Source of the DNA: a virus
Virus record (IMG/VR): IMGVR_UViG_3300021197_001635
Span: 72,013-136,012 of that record
Reading direction: 5' to 3' (one strand)
Length of the DNA: 64,000 nt
Part shown: positions 9,669-21,263 of the stretch, one piece after another
Position numbering within the stretch: position 1 is the first letter of the stretch
How the letters are laid out: the number at the start of each line of letters is the position of its first letter
Made by a program: the position numbers and the translations under genes
Notes under the pieces: model-generated
The model's database searches: none
The model's input: only the letters and a program-made list of their open reading frames with translations
Told to the model about the DNA's origin: nothing

Positions 9669-9815
9669 GTTATACAGATGGAACCCCTCTGGGGAATTTA
9701 ATCGACCGATGTGTTGATGGATGGGCTAACATTCTTGGTTTCACCCAAAAGGGCAAAAATACCAAGAAGAAGGTCACAGTTAAAAAGAAAGCCGTAAATA
9801 AGAAGGTGAAGAAAA

Positions 9816-10130
9816 ATGGATGATCCAAAATTGATTCGAACGAGTGCTGGTGAAGAAATCCTATGTAAGGTAGAGTACAATGGCGACTCTTATACTATGA
9901 AGGATCCTCTGGTGATGATCCCTGCTGGAGACCGTCAACTGGGGTTTGTACCTTGGTTGCCATACTGTGATTGGACTAATGGCCTTACAGTGGACAAGTC
10001 ATTCGTGTCCTTCATCGCAGAACCCAGCAAGGTATTGATTTCTGAATACCACTCCAGCATGACTGGTCTTGTGGTTCCCACAGAGAAGTCTGTAACCACC
10101 AGCATCCCAACATTGAAGATCACGGAGTAG
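9816..10130 (+). CDS. Conserved T4-like hypothetical protein (Sm-like fold)
   Basis: KLIR...GEEILC, GFVPWLPY pattern. Confidence 0.6.
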   Translation: MDDPKLIRTSAGEEILCKVEYNGDSYTMKDPLVMIPAGDRQLGFVPWLPYCDWTNGLTVDKSFVSFIAEPSKVLISEYHSSMTGLVVPTEKSVTTSIPTLKITE

Positions 10131-10273
10131 AACAATGGCTAAGAGAGGGCACGACCCGACAGTACAGAACCGCATCAAGGCAGGCTCACCTAGGACCTCC
10201 AAAAGGAAGAAGGGCAACGCCCCTTCAAGGACGTCTAGGAAGGGAAACGGAACGAGGATCCGATGACCCCCAC

Positions 10274-10347
10274 GCGTCTGTAGCTCAAATGGACAGAGCA
10301 ACGGCCTTCTAAGCCGTAGGTTGCAGGTTCGAGTCCTGCCAGACGTG
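10274..10347 (+). tRNA. tRNA-Arg(UCU)
   Basis: GCGTCTG/CAGACGT acceptor, ACGGC-CT-TCT-AA-GCCGT anticodon arm, TTCGAGT T loop; no encoded CCA. Confidence 0.93.
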
Positions 10348-10373
10348 CTTCAAAATGTAAGACCCCAGTGATT

Positions 10374-10757
10374 ATGTCAATCAGCATTACAAATAGATTT
10401 CTGAAGTACGCCGATACTGCCCTTGGGATATCGAGAGAGATATGTCGTTCCAAAAGGCATGTGAGTCTCATAACCACCAAGAAGGGTTCTGTGCTCGCAT
10501 GCGGGACGAACCAGTTCCGAACGCATCCTCTGGCAAAGCAATATGGCTATCGATACGATGAGGTACATTCAGAATTGGATGCCCTCCTGAAGCTACCCAA
10601 GGGTGCTGATAGGAACGACCTCGTTCTCCTCAATTTTCGATTTAATAGATTCGGAGATATGAGGATCAGCAAGCCATGTTGTCTTTGTCTACCTTGGTGC
10701 AGGGTGGTATTCAGTGACATTTTTTATAGCACCGATGAAGGAATGATGAGGCTATGA
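10374..10757 (+). CDS. Zn-dependent CMP/dCMP deaminase-like protein
   Basis: HSE..A and KPCCLC motifs. Confidence 0.7.
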   Translation: MSISITNRFLKYADTALGISREICRSKRHVSLITTKKGSVLACGTNQFRTHPLAKQYGYRYDEVHSELDALLKLPKGADRNDLVLLNFRFNRFGDMRISKPCCLCLPWCRVVFSDIFYSTDEGMMRL

Positions 10758-11239
10758 ATATTTTTGCAGTACATAAAGATCCTAAGATCTCAGCACGTAT
10801 GCTTTGTGACAAGCACATCTGCAAGATGATCCTAGAGTCGGTGCAGATGCTATGCACTGCGTTTCCTGATGGTGACGCACCAAAGACTTGCGGTGCTAGC
10901 CATGTTAATCATCCTTGCTCACGTTGGGCAAGAGAGACATCCAGCAACTATGATTGGTTGTCTGAGCATGTCATCACCCTGTGTGATGAATATACTAAGC
11001 GGTATGGCAAGGTCCATGCTTGGGATGATGCGGTTAAATGGTTGTATGATAACAACCCTCTCCCCAAGGGAGACATTACCCAACACCCCCAATGCATGCC
11101 TGCCTACTGTAAGGTAGATGGAGACCCCATCGAGGCATACCGAAATTATTATGTCCACGAGAAAGCCTACATGGCAAAGTGGAAGAACAGTGATACTCCT
11201 AGGTGGTATCTCACCGCAATCGAGGAAGTGAAGAAGTGA
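10754..11239 (+). CDS. Pyrimidine-dimer DNA glycosylase family protein
   Basis: MNIF..D, CDKH.CKMILES.QML, H.NHPC..W, AYRNYY. Confidence 0.7.
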   Translation: MNIFAVHKDPKISARMLCDKHICKMILESVQMLCTAFPDGDAPKTCGASHVNHPCSRWARETSSNYDWLSEHVITLCDEYTKRYGKVHAWDDAVKWLYDNNPLPKGDITQHPQCMPAYCKVDGDPIEAYRNYYVHEKAYMAKWKNSDTPRWYLTAIEEVKK

Positions 11240-11402
11240 TTGATTTTCTTGTAAAAGCACTACCCCTTATATCTGCCATCCTTTACATGGTAGTCGGCAT
11301 TGGATACGGGATTAGGAAAGAGTGGGCATGGTGTCTGGTGTGGATGTCTTACGCCCTTGCCAATGTTGGACTCGTACTGGCGGCTATCGCAGGAGAGGCT
11401 AA

Positions 11403-11747
11403 ATGACTTACGTTTCCGTGCGTGGTGGATACGAGAGAGGCGAAATCGCCGTGAAGGTGGCAGAGTGGTGTGTTGAGCATTTTGACATTGAACCGAAGAG
11501 GGTGGACATCCAAGTCAACCATGCATACAGGGATTGCTGGGGGGCCTGTGATGAGGTGTCTAGAGGAGAATACTCGATAATTGTAGTCGCTAGGCAGTCT
11601 CTAAGAGACTTTATTGCCACTGTCACACACGAGATGGTGCATGTCAAGCAGTGGGAGACTGGCAGATGGTCTGGTGACGGTGAAAAGGAAGCAGAGAGAT
11701 TGCAGTACAAGCTTGCTGACAAGATCTGGAAAGAAGATGTGATTTGA
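11403..11747 (+). CDS. Small HExxH metallopeptidase-like protein
   Basis: THEMVHVKQ..E.EA. Confidence 0.65.
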   Translation: MTYVSVRGGYERGEIAVKVAEWCVEHFDIEPKRVDIQVNHAYRDCWGACDEVSRGEYSIIVVARQSLRDFIATVTHEMVHVKQWETGRWSGDGEKEAERLQYKLADKIWKEDVI

Positions 11748-11754
11748 CAACTAT

Positions 11755-11827
11755 GCGCCTGTAGCTCAATTGGTAGAGCGTTAGATTTCCAATCTAAATG
11801 TTGACGGTTCGAGTCCGTCCAGGCGCT
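11755..11827 (+). tRNA. tRNA-Gly(UCC)
   Basis: GCGCCTG/CAGGCGC, TTAGA-TT-TCC-AA-TCTAA, discriminator U. Confidence 0.93.
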
Positions 11828-11831
11828 TTAA

Positions 11832-11904
11832 GCGAGTGTAGCCCAACGGCAGAGGCAGTGGACTTAAAATCCATACAGTGTGGGTTCGAATCCCACCACT
11901 CGTA
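11832..11904 (+). tRNA. tRNA-Leu(UAA) with short variable loop
   Basis: GCGAGTG/CACTCGT, GTGGA-CT-TAA-AA-TCCAT, GTGGG-TTCGAAT-CCCAC. Confidence 0.88.
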
Positions 11905-11921
11905 TTTTCGAGAGGAAGATA

Positions 11922-12180
11922 ATGAAGAATAAAATCGTACTTGAAATCACATTAGAGAGCGAGGCCTATGTGGATGAGTTCAAATCGGACCCCAACCGCA
12001 CCATGGATCTATGCCCTATTGATATGATGAAAATGATTGCAGGACAATGTAGACTTCCTTGGATGACCCACGGTATTAAAACGGTCAGATGGAAAGAGCA
12101 GAGTCAGGATGAACAATATGAATTCGATGTGTATCGACTTCAGTATGCATATGATGATATAGGACAAAAGGACAAGACCA

Positions 12181-12203
<23 letters not shown>
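11922..12203 (+). CDS. Hypothetical protein
   Basis: ORF with GAGGA SD, fills the gap between the tRNAs and guaB. Confidence 0.55.
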
Positions 12204-14284
<2,081 letters not shown>

Positions 14285-14305
14285 TAGTATTCTGAGATAT
14301 ATTCA

Positions 14306-14658
14306 GCAGCCATGTATGTGCATTCCCAGTATTGGGAGCCATAGCCGTCCCAGTGATTTAGACAGCCGCTAGTGTGCAACACGAGATTATGCTAATAGCT
14401 CGGCATATCGTGTAACAAATCAAACAAATTTAAATACGTGCAAACGCCTCACGCCGCAAAGCCGCTGTGTGGGCGTTTGTTGTATCATGAGCTAGAACAA
14501 ATCAAATCAAATCGAAGTGCTCATGGATTTTACCAGGTGAACTGTTTGTGCATGTGTGCAAATCTGTGCACATTAGCTTTTGTGTAATTAAGAATGCAAC
14601 GCCGCATGCACGGCTGTTAGTACTGTCAGAATCAATTGAATCAGTGCAACATGGCTGC
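14306..14658 (+). ncRNA. Candidate large structured ncRNA or structured origin element
   Basis: Nested long-range stems with G-U wobbles in a ~690-bp intergenic gap (see findings). Confidence 0.55.
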
Positions 14659-14873
14659 GGGCGCATAACCTTTATAATAATTGCAATAATAAAAACAAAA
14701 AAAAATAGAGACTGGTGTATCCATGTATATCTGCAGTATGGATGTATATCTGGTGTATTTGAATGTAATGCACGCCTACGAAATATATGGGGGGATATTC
14801 GCGGAGCGAGATATATACCCCTAGGGAACCCCCCCAACTAAACCACCCGATTCTCTGTGAGGCTCTGATTCCT

Positions 14874-14881
14874 TATAAATA
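14874..14881 (+). promoter_or_regulatory. T4-type late promoter TATAAATA
   Basis: Exact consensus heading the putative internal-protein array. Confidence 0.65.
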
Positions 14882-14972
14882 CATGCAGAAGACAATATAC
14901 ACCCCCTCGGCGGGGGGAAAACATATACTACCCAAGGGACCCACAATTTTTCCTAAAAAGGATATTTGAAAA

Positions 14973-15614
14973 ATGACAATCCAAAACAGAATTTACATGC
15001 AGAAGTTAATGGATAGCTTGAAAAGAGCAGAAGAAGATTTACTAAAGGAAAATATCGCGGGTATGCCCCCTGCTGGCGGTGGATCTCCTTTAGGTTCGAT
15101 GCCCCCAGGCGGAATGAGACGTATCCCTGGAATGGGTAGTACACCATTCCGTAGTAAAAGGAATCCTGGAAGTAATACCGATCAAGTACAGGGTGATAGA
15201 TTCCCTGATAAGATGGATGTGATCAGTCAAGATGGTGGAGTAGGATTCCCACCATCATGGTGGTCAGAAGAAAACGGACCTTTCCAAGATCAGACGCACC
15301 AGATGGCTGCATGGTTCCAGTGGTTGCATAATCATGGTGGACTCGAAGCATTCTTGCAGGGATACCAAGGTCAAGTCACCCCCGCTATGGAATATTTCTG
15401 GGAGAACCTTGGTTATCTCTTGAATAACATGGAAAACTATTACGGGTGGGATCCAGATGGATGGAGTCCTTACATAACTGGTTATTTCAATCAGTTAATG
15501 GGTGCTATTAATAACTACAATGCTCATATGGCTGGTGGTTACATAGATAATCCCGATCCTTCCATCGACGGTGGGTTGACCAATGGACTTGGTGCACCTC
15601 CTGCTGGTGGTTGA
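14973..15614 (+). CDS. Low-complexity G/P/M and W/Y-rich protein, putative head-internal protein
   Basis: LLKEN putative cleavage site followed by an MPPAGGG linker and an aromatic/acidic domain. Confidence 0.65.
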   Translation: MTIQNRIYMQKLMDSLKRAEEDLLKENIAGMPPAGGGSPLGSMPPGGMRRIPGMGSTPFRSKRNPGSNTDQVQGDRFPDKMDVISQDGGVGFPPSWWSEENGPFQDQTHQMAAWFQWLHNHGGLEAFLQGYQGQVTPAMEYFWENLGYLLNNMENYYGWDPDGWSPYITGYFNQLMGAINNYNAHMAGGYIDNPDPSIDGGLTNGLGAPPAGG

Positions 15615-15665
15615 TAACCCCTTTCCTCTTCCGAAAGATTCGACCTTTAAAAAGGATGCTGAGAT

Positions 15666-16181
15666 ATGGGAATGTTCTTCGAAAACTTCGACCCAGTTGC
15701 GGGTGTTGCCGTGCCCGCAACTGGGGGATTGACTGTCAATGAAGCAAAGGGAGTGCCTATGAATCATAGGCAGACCTATCCTGGGAGAGAGAACCACCCC
15801 GCAGTTCCGCCTCCTTCCCAACAAGTGGATCGCTTCCGCTATGATGTCGAGTCAAGGCCAGATACGCCTGGCTCTCTAGATTGGTTACAACAACTTCGGA
15901 AGCCCGACGCTCAACAGTGGTATGAGTTTCTGGTTCCAATAGAGTTCAGGGATCCGAGGTTCACGCTCGAAAGATTGCCACCCATGCCACCAATCCCTCC
16001 CCAACAGCAGTTTAGTAACCCTGGACCTCTCCTACCCGATGACCCTTCAGATATTGGTGAGCCTGGACCACCACGTTTACCATATCAGCAACTTACACCG
16101 CCAGGAAATCAGGTAAATCCTACACCCATGACACCACAAGAAGTAAAAAACATGCTTAAAGACATGATGAGGAGAAAATAG
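15666..16181 (+). CDS. Proline-rich hypothetical protein
   Basis: P/Q-rich ORF in the array; VNEA putative cleavage site. Confidence 0.6.
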   Translation: MGMFFENFDPVAGVAVPATGGLTVNEAKGVPMNHRQTYPGRENHPAVPPPSQQVDRFRYDVESRPDTPGSLDWLQQLRKPDAQQWYEFLVPIEFRDPRFTLERLPPMPPIPPQQQFSNPGPLLPDDPSDIGEPGPPRLPYQQLTPPGNQVNPTPMTPQEVKNMLKDMMRRK

Positions 16182-16182
16182 A

Positions 16183-16626
16183 ATGAGCATCTATAGGAAA
16201 AATGATAATATCAAAAGCCTAACAGAGGCATACAAGGGAATGTTCTCCCCTGAGAAATCGAACGATCCCATCGCAGATGATTATGCAGCATCGCAAAATG
16301 AAACATATATGGCGCCCAACGCAAATTCACCAATGATGAATGATAAACCAGCATCACTCTCTAAGGGTGATATGGGTTCTAAGATGCCTGATCAATCCGT
16401 CTCCCAACCCCCAGAAGGCGGTTTGGACATGTTAGGTACATACACTGAGTCTTTCTTGGACTGGTTCTTATGGTTTATGGAAAATCAGGACTCTCTTGAT
16501 TTTAACAACATGGGTTCTTACATGCAGCAAATATACAATATAATTGGTAATTCTGTTCCAAACGGTCAGTTTAACCAAGATTCATTGAACCACATACTAG
16601 CAAACTGGGGGCAACCTTACGTATGA
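16183..16626 (+). CDS. Putative internal protein with MSIYRKNDNIKSLTEA leader
   Basis: First 50 bp identical to the next gene. Confidence 0.7.
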   Translation: MSIYRKNDNIKSLTEAYKGMFSPEKSNDPIADDYAASQNETYMAPNANSPMMNDKPASLSKGDMGSKMPDQSVSQPPEGGLDMLGTYTESFLDWFLWFMENQDSLDFNNMGSYMQQIYNIIGNSVPNGQFNQDSLNHILANWGQPYV

Positions 16627-16964
16627 GCATCTATAGGAAAAATGATAATATCAAAAGCCTAACAGAGGCATATAATAAAATGTATTCTTCTGATGAAGAT
16701 GTTCAGGGCATTGAAGAAATTCATGATATGCCAGACCGTCTAGGTCCAGATGGAGTGCCGAATTCACCTAGCACCCCACAAACACCCAAGAGGATTAAAG
16801 AGCCTGGAGTTCCTAGACCACCCATTAGTCCTATTACCAATCCAACTCATCCGAACGCACCCCCACCACCAGTGATTAAACCACAACTCCCGTTGGATCG
16901 ACTAATCCCAGACCTGCTGGACCTTTGGGACAAGATGACCAGTCCATACCGTTTTAGGCGATAG
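16623..16964 (+). CDS. Proline-rich putative internal protein with MSIYRKNDNIKSLTEA leader
   Basis: Shared 50-bp 5' end; ATGA-type overlap with the previous gene. Confidence 0.7.
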   Translation: MSIYRKNDNIKSLTEAYNKMYSSDEDVQGIEEIHDMPDRLGPDGVPNSPSTPQTPKRIKEPGVPRPPISPITNPTHPNAPPPPVIKPQLPLDRLIPDLLDLWDKMTSPYRFRR

Positions 16965-16985
16965 GGTATTCAAACCTATTGAGAT

Positions 16986-16993
16986 TATAAATA
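16986..16993 (+). promoter_or_regulatory. T4-type late promoter TATAAATA
   Basis: Exact consensus, intergenic. Confidence 0.6.
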
Positions 16994-17063
16994 ATGTGTG
17001 AAAGGAAACAATAATAATCAATGATTAGAGATACCTCTTCACAATCAAATACCATAACAAGAC

Positions 17064-17104
17064 AGGACGGTGTGCCATGCGAAAGCGGGTACGCCGTCCT
17101 TTCT
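17064..17104 (+). terminator. Terminator-like hairpin
   Basis: AGGACGGTGTGCC..GAAA..GGTACGCCGTCCT followed by TTT. Confidence 0.6.
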
Positions 17105-17231
17105 TATAAGGATTTCTCCTACGGTCCGAGCAAGATAGGCAGTGCGCCAGTCGTTACGCTATCCATGCAAGGTGAGGGTGTATCAGACCCTCACTAAGGA
17201 ACTTCGCTACCTTTGGACCGTCATTCATAGT

Positions 17232-17270
17232 AGGCAACCCCTTGACCTTTGTCAGGGGGTTGTCTTTTTT
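17232..17270 (+). terminator. Rho-independent terminator
   Basis: GGCAACCCCTTGAC-CTTT-GTCAGGGGGTTGTC then T-run. Confidence 0.75.
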
Positions 17271-17307
17271 ATATATAAAGGAGAACATACCCTAGGAGAC
17301 TCCCTAT

Positions 17308-18678
17308 ATGAAGAATTTCAAACAGTTTGTCTTGACAGAGGCTAGAGGATTCTTCATGGGTCACCACATAGGTGATGATGTGGTGTTCAAATCAGGATCT
17401 TATGCTAGTGCTGGGTCTTTCACCATTGTTTCTCATGACATGGTATCGGACATTCACTCCAAGGTGGATGGTTATGTTCAAAAAGGTTATGAGGTTGCAC
17501 AACAATGGACTGGTCCAGATAAAGAGATCACTGATACTAGTAAGGTAGATAGTTATAATGATGGTAGAATCATAGTATTAGATAGCCAGAAGAAAAAAGT
17601 CATAGTGGTCATATTTGGCAAGGGTAAAAATTCTGGTGCATCACCTAGAAGATTCAACCTTAGATACTCAACAAGCACAGAATCGCTAGACCTTAAACCT
17701 CAATCATTGGGTCTGAAAGAGAAGCCCTATGGTATGGATTCTTTCGCTAATACTGTAATAAATGCGGTCCTCGACAGGAAAGATTTAGACCCAGCAGTCA
17801 AGGGTTATCTCGAACTTCTAGTTGAGTATTATTGGAATAATTATAGCAATGAAGTGGCAAACGACATCAAGAATGAGTATGGTGATGTCCTCAGTAGCAT
17901 GCCCATGGGTCAGATTAAGAAGAACTTCGGTGAAATAATAGGTCCCTTAGCAATTCTTGCAAGCAAATCCGTACTGTTCAAATCAATGAAATTCAATAAA
18001 AGAGACAAAATACTCTTGCCTTTAAGGGGTAACGAGGAACTGGTAGACTTCTATCTTGTGAAAGACGGGAGACAAATACCTTTCTCTGCCAAGTCTGGAA
18101 GATCTACTACCAACTTGGTAAAGCCAGGCAATATAGTGTCACTGATTGATGCTAACCCCTCCTTCAAGAGGAAATACGGTAGGTCTCTGGAAGTCAAGGT
18201 TATGAAAGACCTTGCCAGCAACGTAGCAACTGATGGACCCATGGTAGCAGCATATAACCTTAACAAATCTATCAAGGAATTCAAGAAGATCTCCAAGGAG
18301 ATGCTAGACCATTGGACTTCTACCTCCAGTAGGAAGGGCAGAGATTGGAAGTATATCCCCGAGTTATATGATGACTATGCTTCGGCTATCGGATTGAACA
18401 CCAGCGGAAGAAAGAAACCAACGTTTGGTGAAATACTCTATTACACCGAAACAACCCTCGCTAGAGCAAGCAAGGGTGGGATATTAGACTACTCAGAGAT
18501 GTTCAATGAGGTGGTAGGTGGTGCAGTCAACTACATCAACCTAGTCAAGATGGATAAAAACGGTCTACCAGTGTGGGAGACCTCAGAAGGTGGAAGATCA
18601 ACTGCCCATTTGAGAACTAAAAATGGAACTACTAGGATCGCAACAGACAAAGTTGGTTTACAAGTACATACAGGGTAA
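17308..18678 (+). CDS. Leader-bearing protein with possible PD-(D/E)xK nuclease domain
   Basis: MKNFKQFVLTEA leader; NFGEIIGP..P.RGNEELVDF..FSAKSG resembles a restriction-fold active site. Confidence 0.5.
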   Translation: MKNFKQFVLTEARGFFMGHHIGDDVVFKSGSYASAGSFTIVSHDMVSDIHSKVDGYVQKGYEVAQQWTGPDKEITDTSKVDSYNDGRIIVLDSQKKKVIVVIFGKGKNSGASPRRFNLRYSTSTESLDLKPQSLGLKEKPYGMDSFANTVINAVLDRKDLDPAVKGYLELLVEYYWNNYSNEVANDIKNEYGDVLSSMPMGQIKKNFGEIIGPLAILASKSVLFKSMKFNKRDKILLPLRGNEELVDFYLVKDGRQIPFSAKSGRSTTNLVKPGNIVSLIDANPSFKRKYGRSLEVKVMKDLASNVATDGPMVAAYNLNKSIKEFKKISKEMLDHWTSTSSRKGRDWKYIPELYDDYASAIGLNTSGRKKPTFGEILYYTETTLARASKGGILDYSEMFNEVVGGAVNYINLVKMDKNGLPVWETSEGGRSTAHLRTKNGTTRIATDKVGLQVHTG

Positions 18679-18681
18679 TAA

Positions 18682-19227
18682 ATGAATAGATTTATATGGT
18701 TCAATACTGACGAAGAGACTATAACACTTGAAACAAGATCTTATAAATCTCATATGGCTGGATGGCATGCATTAGTGGCAGTTCAAAATCCTGATTCTAT
18801 GGGTTTTGACCAGTCTGTGATTATGGATTTGCTGGGAGAGGAAAGATATAATACACTAGCAGGAATACCGATCGAAAGTGCATTCTCTGGTGATAACAAG
18901 AAGAAATTGCAACAAATGGAAGATTATGAGAGACCGATAGAATCCTTGATTTACAAAGAAAGACCAATGATGGTGAAGGCTAGGAGATCTTTAGATTCTC
19001 ACAGCGGTAAAAACTGCTGGTTTATCACATCCACAGATAAGGATAAGGCTAGAATATTTCTAAAGCGGATGGGTGGAGAGATGAAAGACAGAGATATTAT
19101 TATGATATCTACCCTGTCTAAGGAAGTGGATAAAGAGTTCACATGTAGAGAATCGGCGATAAGACATCTAGAAGGAAGAAAGAGATCTATTATAGGTGAA
19201 AGAATGGAACAGATAAGGAACTTATAG
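18682..19227 (+). CDS. Hypothetical protein
   Basis: Tightly packed ORF in the array. Confidence 0.6.
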   Translation: MNRFIWFNTDEETITLETRSYKSHMAGWHALVAVQNPDSMGFDQSVIMDLLGEERYNTLAGIPIESAFSGDNKKKLQQMEDYERPIESLIYKERPMMVKARRSLDSHSGKNCWFITSTDKDKARIFLKRMGGEMKDRDIIMISTLSKEVDKEFTCRESAIRHLEGRKRSIIGERMEQIRNL

Positions 19228-19231
19228 CACT

Positions 19232-20596
19232 ATGAATGAGAATCTCAATAAAGGCACAAATAAAGACCACGGTTCCTCATCGGGCAAATTCGTCAAAGGT
19301 TGGGTTCATCCCTCTGGTAAGGTATATGTGTGGAACAAGATGGAACCGTATCATGTTCAGTATATTGCTAATAATCCTAGCAAGTTTAGACTCAAAGAGC
19401 AAGATATACTAGACCATCTAATAGAAAGATATGAAGACTATGGTGTTAACCAACCAGCTACATCAGCAAGAAGCGAGATGATCAATCTTAAGAATGGTCG
19501 TACTGATATTGATAGAAAAGTAGAATTGATGGTGATAAAAAAGGGTTGGTGTAGATTTGTGCTTGATGATGACTGGGGGGGTCTCAGAGGTATCAAAAAT
19601 AAAGACATACACAAATGTGCCAAGATATTGTTCGACAAGATGGAAAGAAGGTTCACCAAAAGTTTTGGACTAGAGGTGAATATAATAGATGCTAGGCTTG
19701 GGGACTATAATTACCGAAAAGGTAAATATCTGGCCCACGACATGCTAAGGGCATGGGTAAACGGTAAACAACCAGACCCCCATAGTGTTCAATTAAGGAA
19801 GCATACCGAAATAGGAAGGACTATGAAAATGTTCAGGGGTCATGACTGGGACGAGCCAGTAAAGATTTATAGTAGTCACATACCTTTATCGTTCAAAGAA
19901 TGGTTGAAAGAATCCGTGGAAATGAAAGACGGAAAGTATGTTACCGTGAAGCAGTTTAACTCTGAGGATGCGGCTATGGCATCTATAGAGAATGCAGAAG
20001 GTCTTATTGACCACATGAAGATTATGGATTCTGTATATACTATGGTGTTCGATAGTGAAGACCACAAAGAGAAGTTCGTAAAAGATCATGAATTTAATCT
20101 TATGGGGGAATCAACCACACATGATTCTAACTCAATTAGTGAGAAGAGCAGTAGAGCAGAGATAGAAGGTGCTATGGAGTGGTGGCATGGCGAAATCACT
20201 GCATCCAGTAAGAGAGATAGAGCCGCTATGGGGTATGGTAGACCTGAGCATATTAGGGAACTAATCAAAAGACCTGTGCCTAATCTTAAATATCATATTA
20301 AGATGTATAATGCTTACCTAGACGAATACGGTCCTTTTGATGAAGTACCATCCAGATTAGAAGAGGCAAGAAGATTTACACCATCTGGTACATTCCAATT
20401 TCCTAGTGCAAACCAAGCAAAAGATTTCATGAGTGATATTTCAAGAGAAGGAAGAGGGAATATCCAAACTCAACACAGATTTGAACAAGGTTATGGCAGG
20501 AAGAATATAATCGATGTAAAATGGTCAGGCACTATGGATAGAGTAGTATATGACGTTCTTAGAAAATATAATGGCCGTGCATGGACTCAAGGGTAG
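19232..20596 (+). CDS. Multi-module hypothetical protein with internal leader-like motif
   Basis: Internal LSFKEWLKES, ISEK, LEEA. Confidence 0.65.
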   Translation: MNENLNKGTNKDHGSSSGKFVKGWVHPSGKVYVWNKMEPYHVQYIANNPSKFRLKEQDILDHLIERYEDYGVNQPATSARSEMINLKNGRTDIDRKVELMVIKKGWCRFVLDDDWGGLRGIKNKDIHKCAKILFDKMERRFTKSFGLEVNIIDARLGDYNYRKGKYLAHDMLRAWVNGKQPDPHSVQLRKHTEIGRTMKMFRGHDWDEPVKIYSSHIPLSFKEWLKESVEMKDGKYVTVKQFNSEDAAMASIENAEGLIDHMKIMDSVYTMVFDSEDHKEKFVKDHEFNLMGESTTHDSNSISEKSSRAEIEGAMEWWHGEITASSKRDRAAMGYGRPEHIRELIKRPVPNLKYHIKMYNAYLDEYGPFDEVPSRLEEARRFTPSGTFQFPSANQAKDFMSDISREGRGNIQTQHRFEQGYGRKNIIDVKWSGTMDRVVYDVLRKYNGRAWTQG

Positions 20597-20603
20597 GACC
20601 TTA

Positions 20604-21263
20604 ATGAAATCATTTAAGCAATTCATACTAGAGACATATGCTGATTCTGGCATAGGCAAGTGGATGAGACAGTCTGCTGGGGGATCACCAGGCTGGGATA
20701 GGTATGGTACTAGCGGACAAAAACTGGGTAAATGTGGGGATGCAAAAGAGGGAGATGCATACTCTGCATGCTTATCTGCTAGCAAGGCTAAGAAATTGGG
20801 TAAAGATGGAATAGCATCATATGTTAGAAGAAAAAGGGATGCACAGAAGAAGTCTGGCGACTCTTCCAAAGGTGGTGAGGAAAAGAAGGGTCAGAAACCA
20901 GTATATGTCAAGACAGAGAGTAAAGAGCCTGGTAAGGACTATCATGAAAAGATGGCAGATAAGTTGAGGAAAGCAGGATTTGACCTGAGGAAACCAATCA
21001 GCAGGAAAAAAGCATGGGATGTCATCGGAAGTATGGCAGTTAGCAGGCTTGCTGACAAAGGATATATAGATATAGAGGGTGGTGAGGGTAGACAGAAAAG
21101 AGAATCTGTTATAGAGTCTGACAACAAGCCTACCAACCCATCTCTATGGAAGAAAGCATTATCTAAGGCTAGATCTAAATTCGATGTATTCCCATCAGCA
21201 TATGCTAGTGCTTGGGCATCAAAGTGGTACAAAGAACAAGGTGGAGGTTGGAAAAAGAAATGA
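20604..21263 (+). CDS. Basic putative internal protein (MKSFKQFILE leader)
   Basis: Leader; C-terminal KPTNPSLW..KFDVFPSAYA..YK..GGGW module seen in T4-like phages. Confidence 0.75.
   Translation: MKSFKQFILETYADSGIGKWMRQSAGGSPGWDRYGTSGQKLGKCGDAKEGDAYSACLSASKAKKLGKDGIASYVRRKRDAQKKSGDSSKGGEEKKGQKPVYVKTESKEPGKDYHEKMADKLRKAGFDLRKPISRKKAWDVIGSMAVSRLADKGYIDIEGGEGRQKRESVIESDNKPTNPSLWKKALSKARSKFDVFPSAYASAWASKWYKEQGGGWKKK

Noticed and set aside
14306-14658. Retron msr-msd or self-splicing intron
   Set aside because: No reverse transcriptase in the window, no interrupted gene, and no group I/II core motifs recognised.
14502-14969. ORFs 14502-14837(-), 14548-14841(+) and 14787-14969(+)
   Set aside because: Atypical composition, no SD, and overlap with the structured/AT-rich non-coding region; probably spurious.
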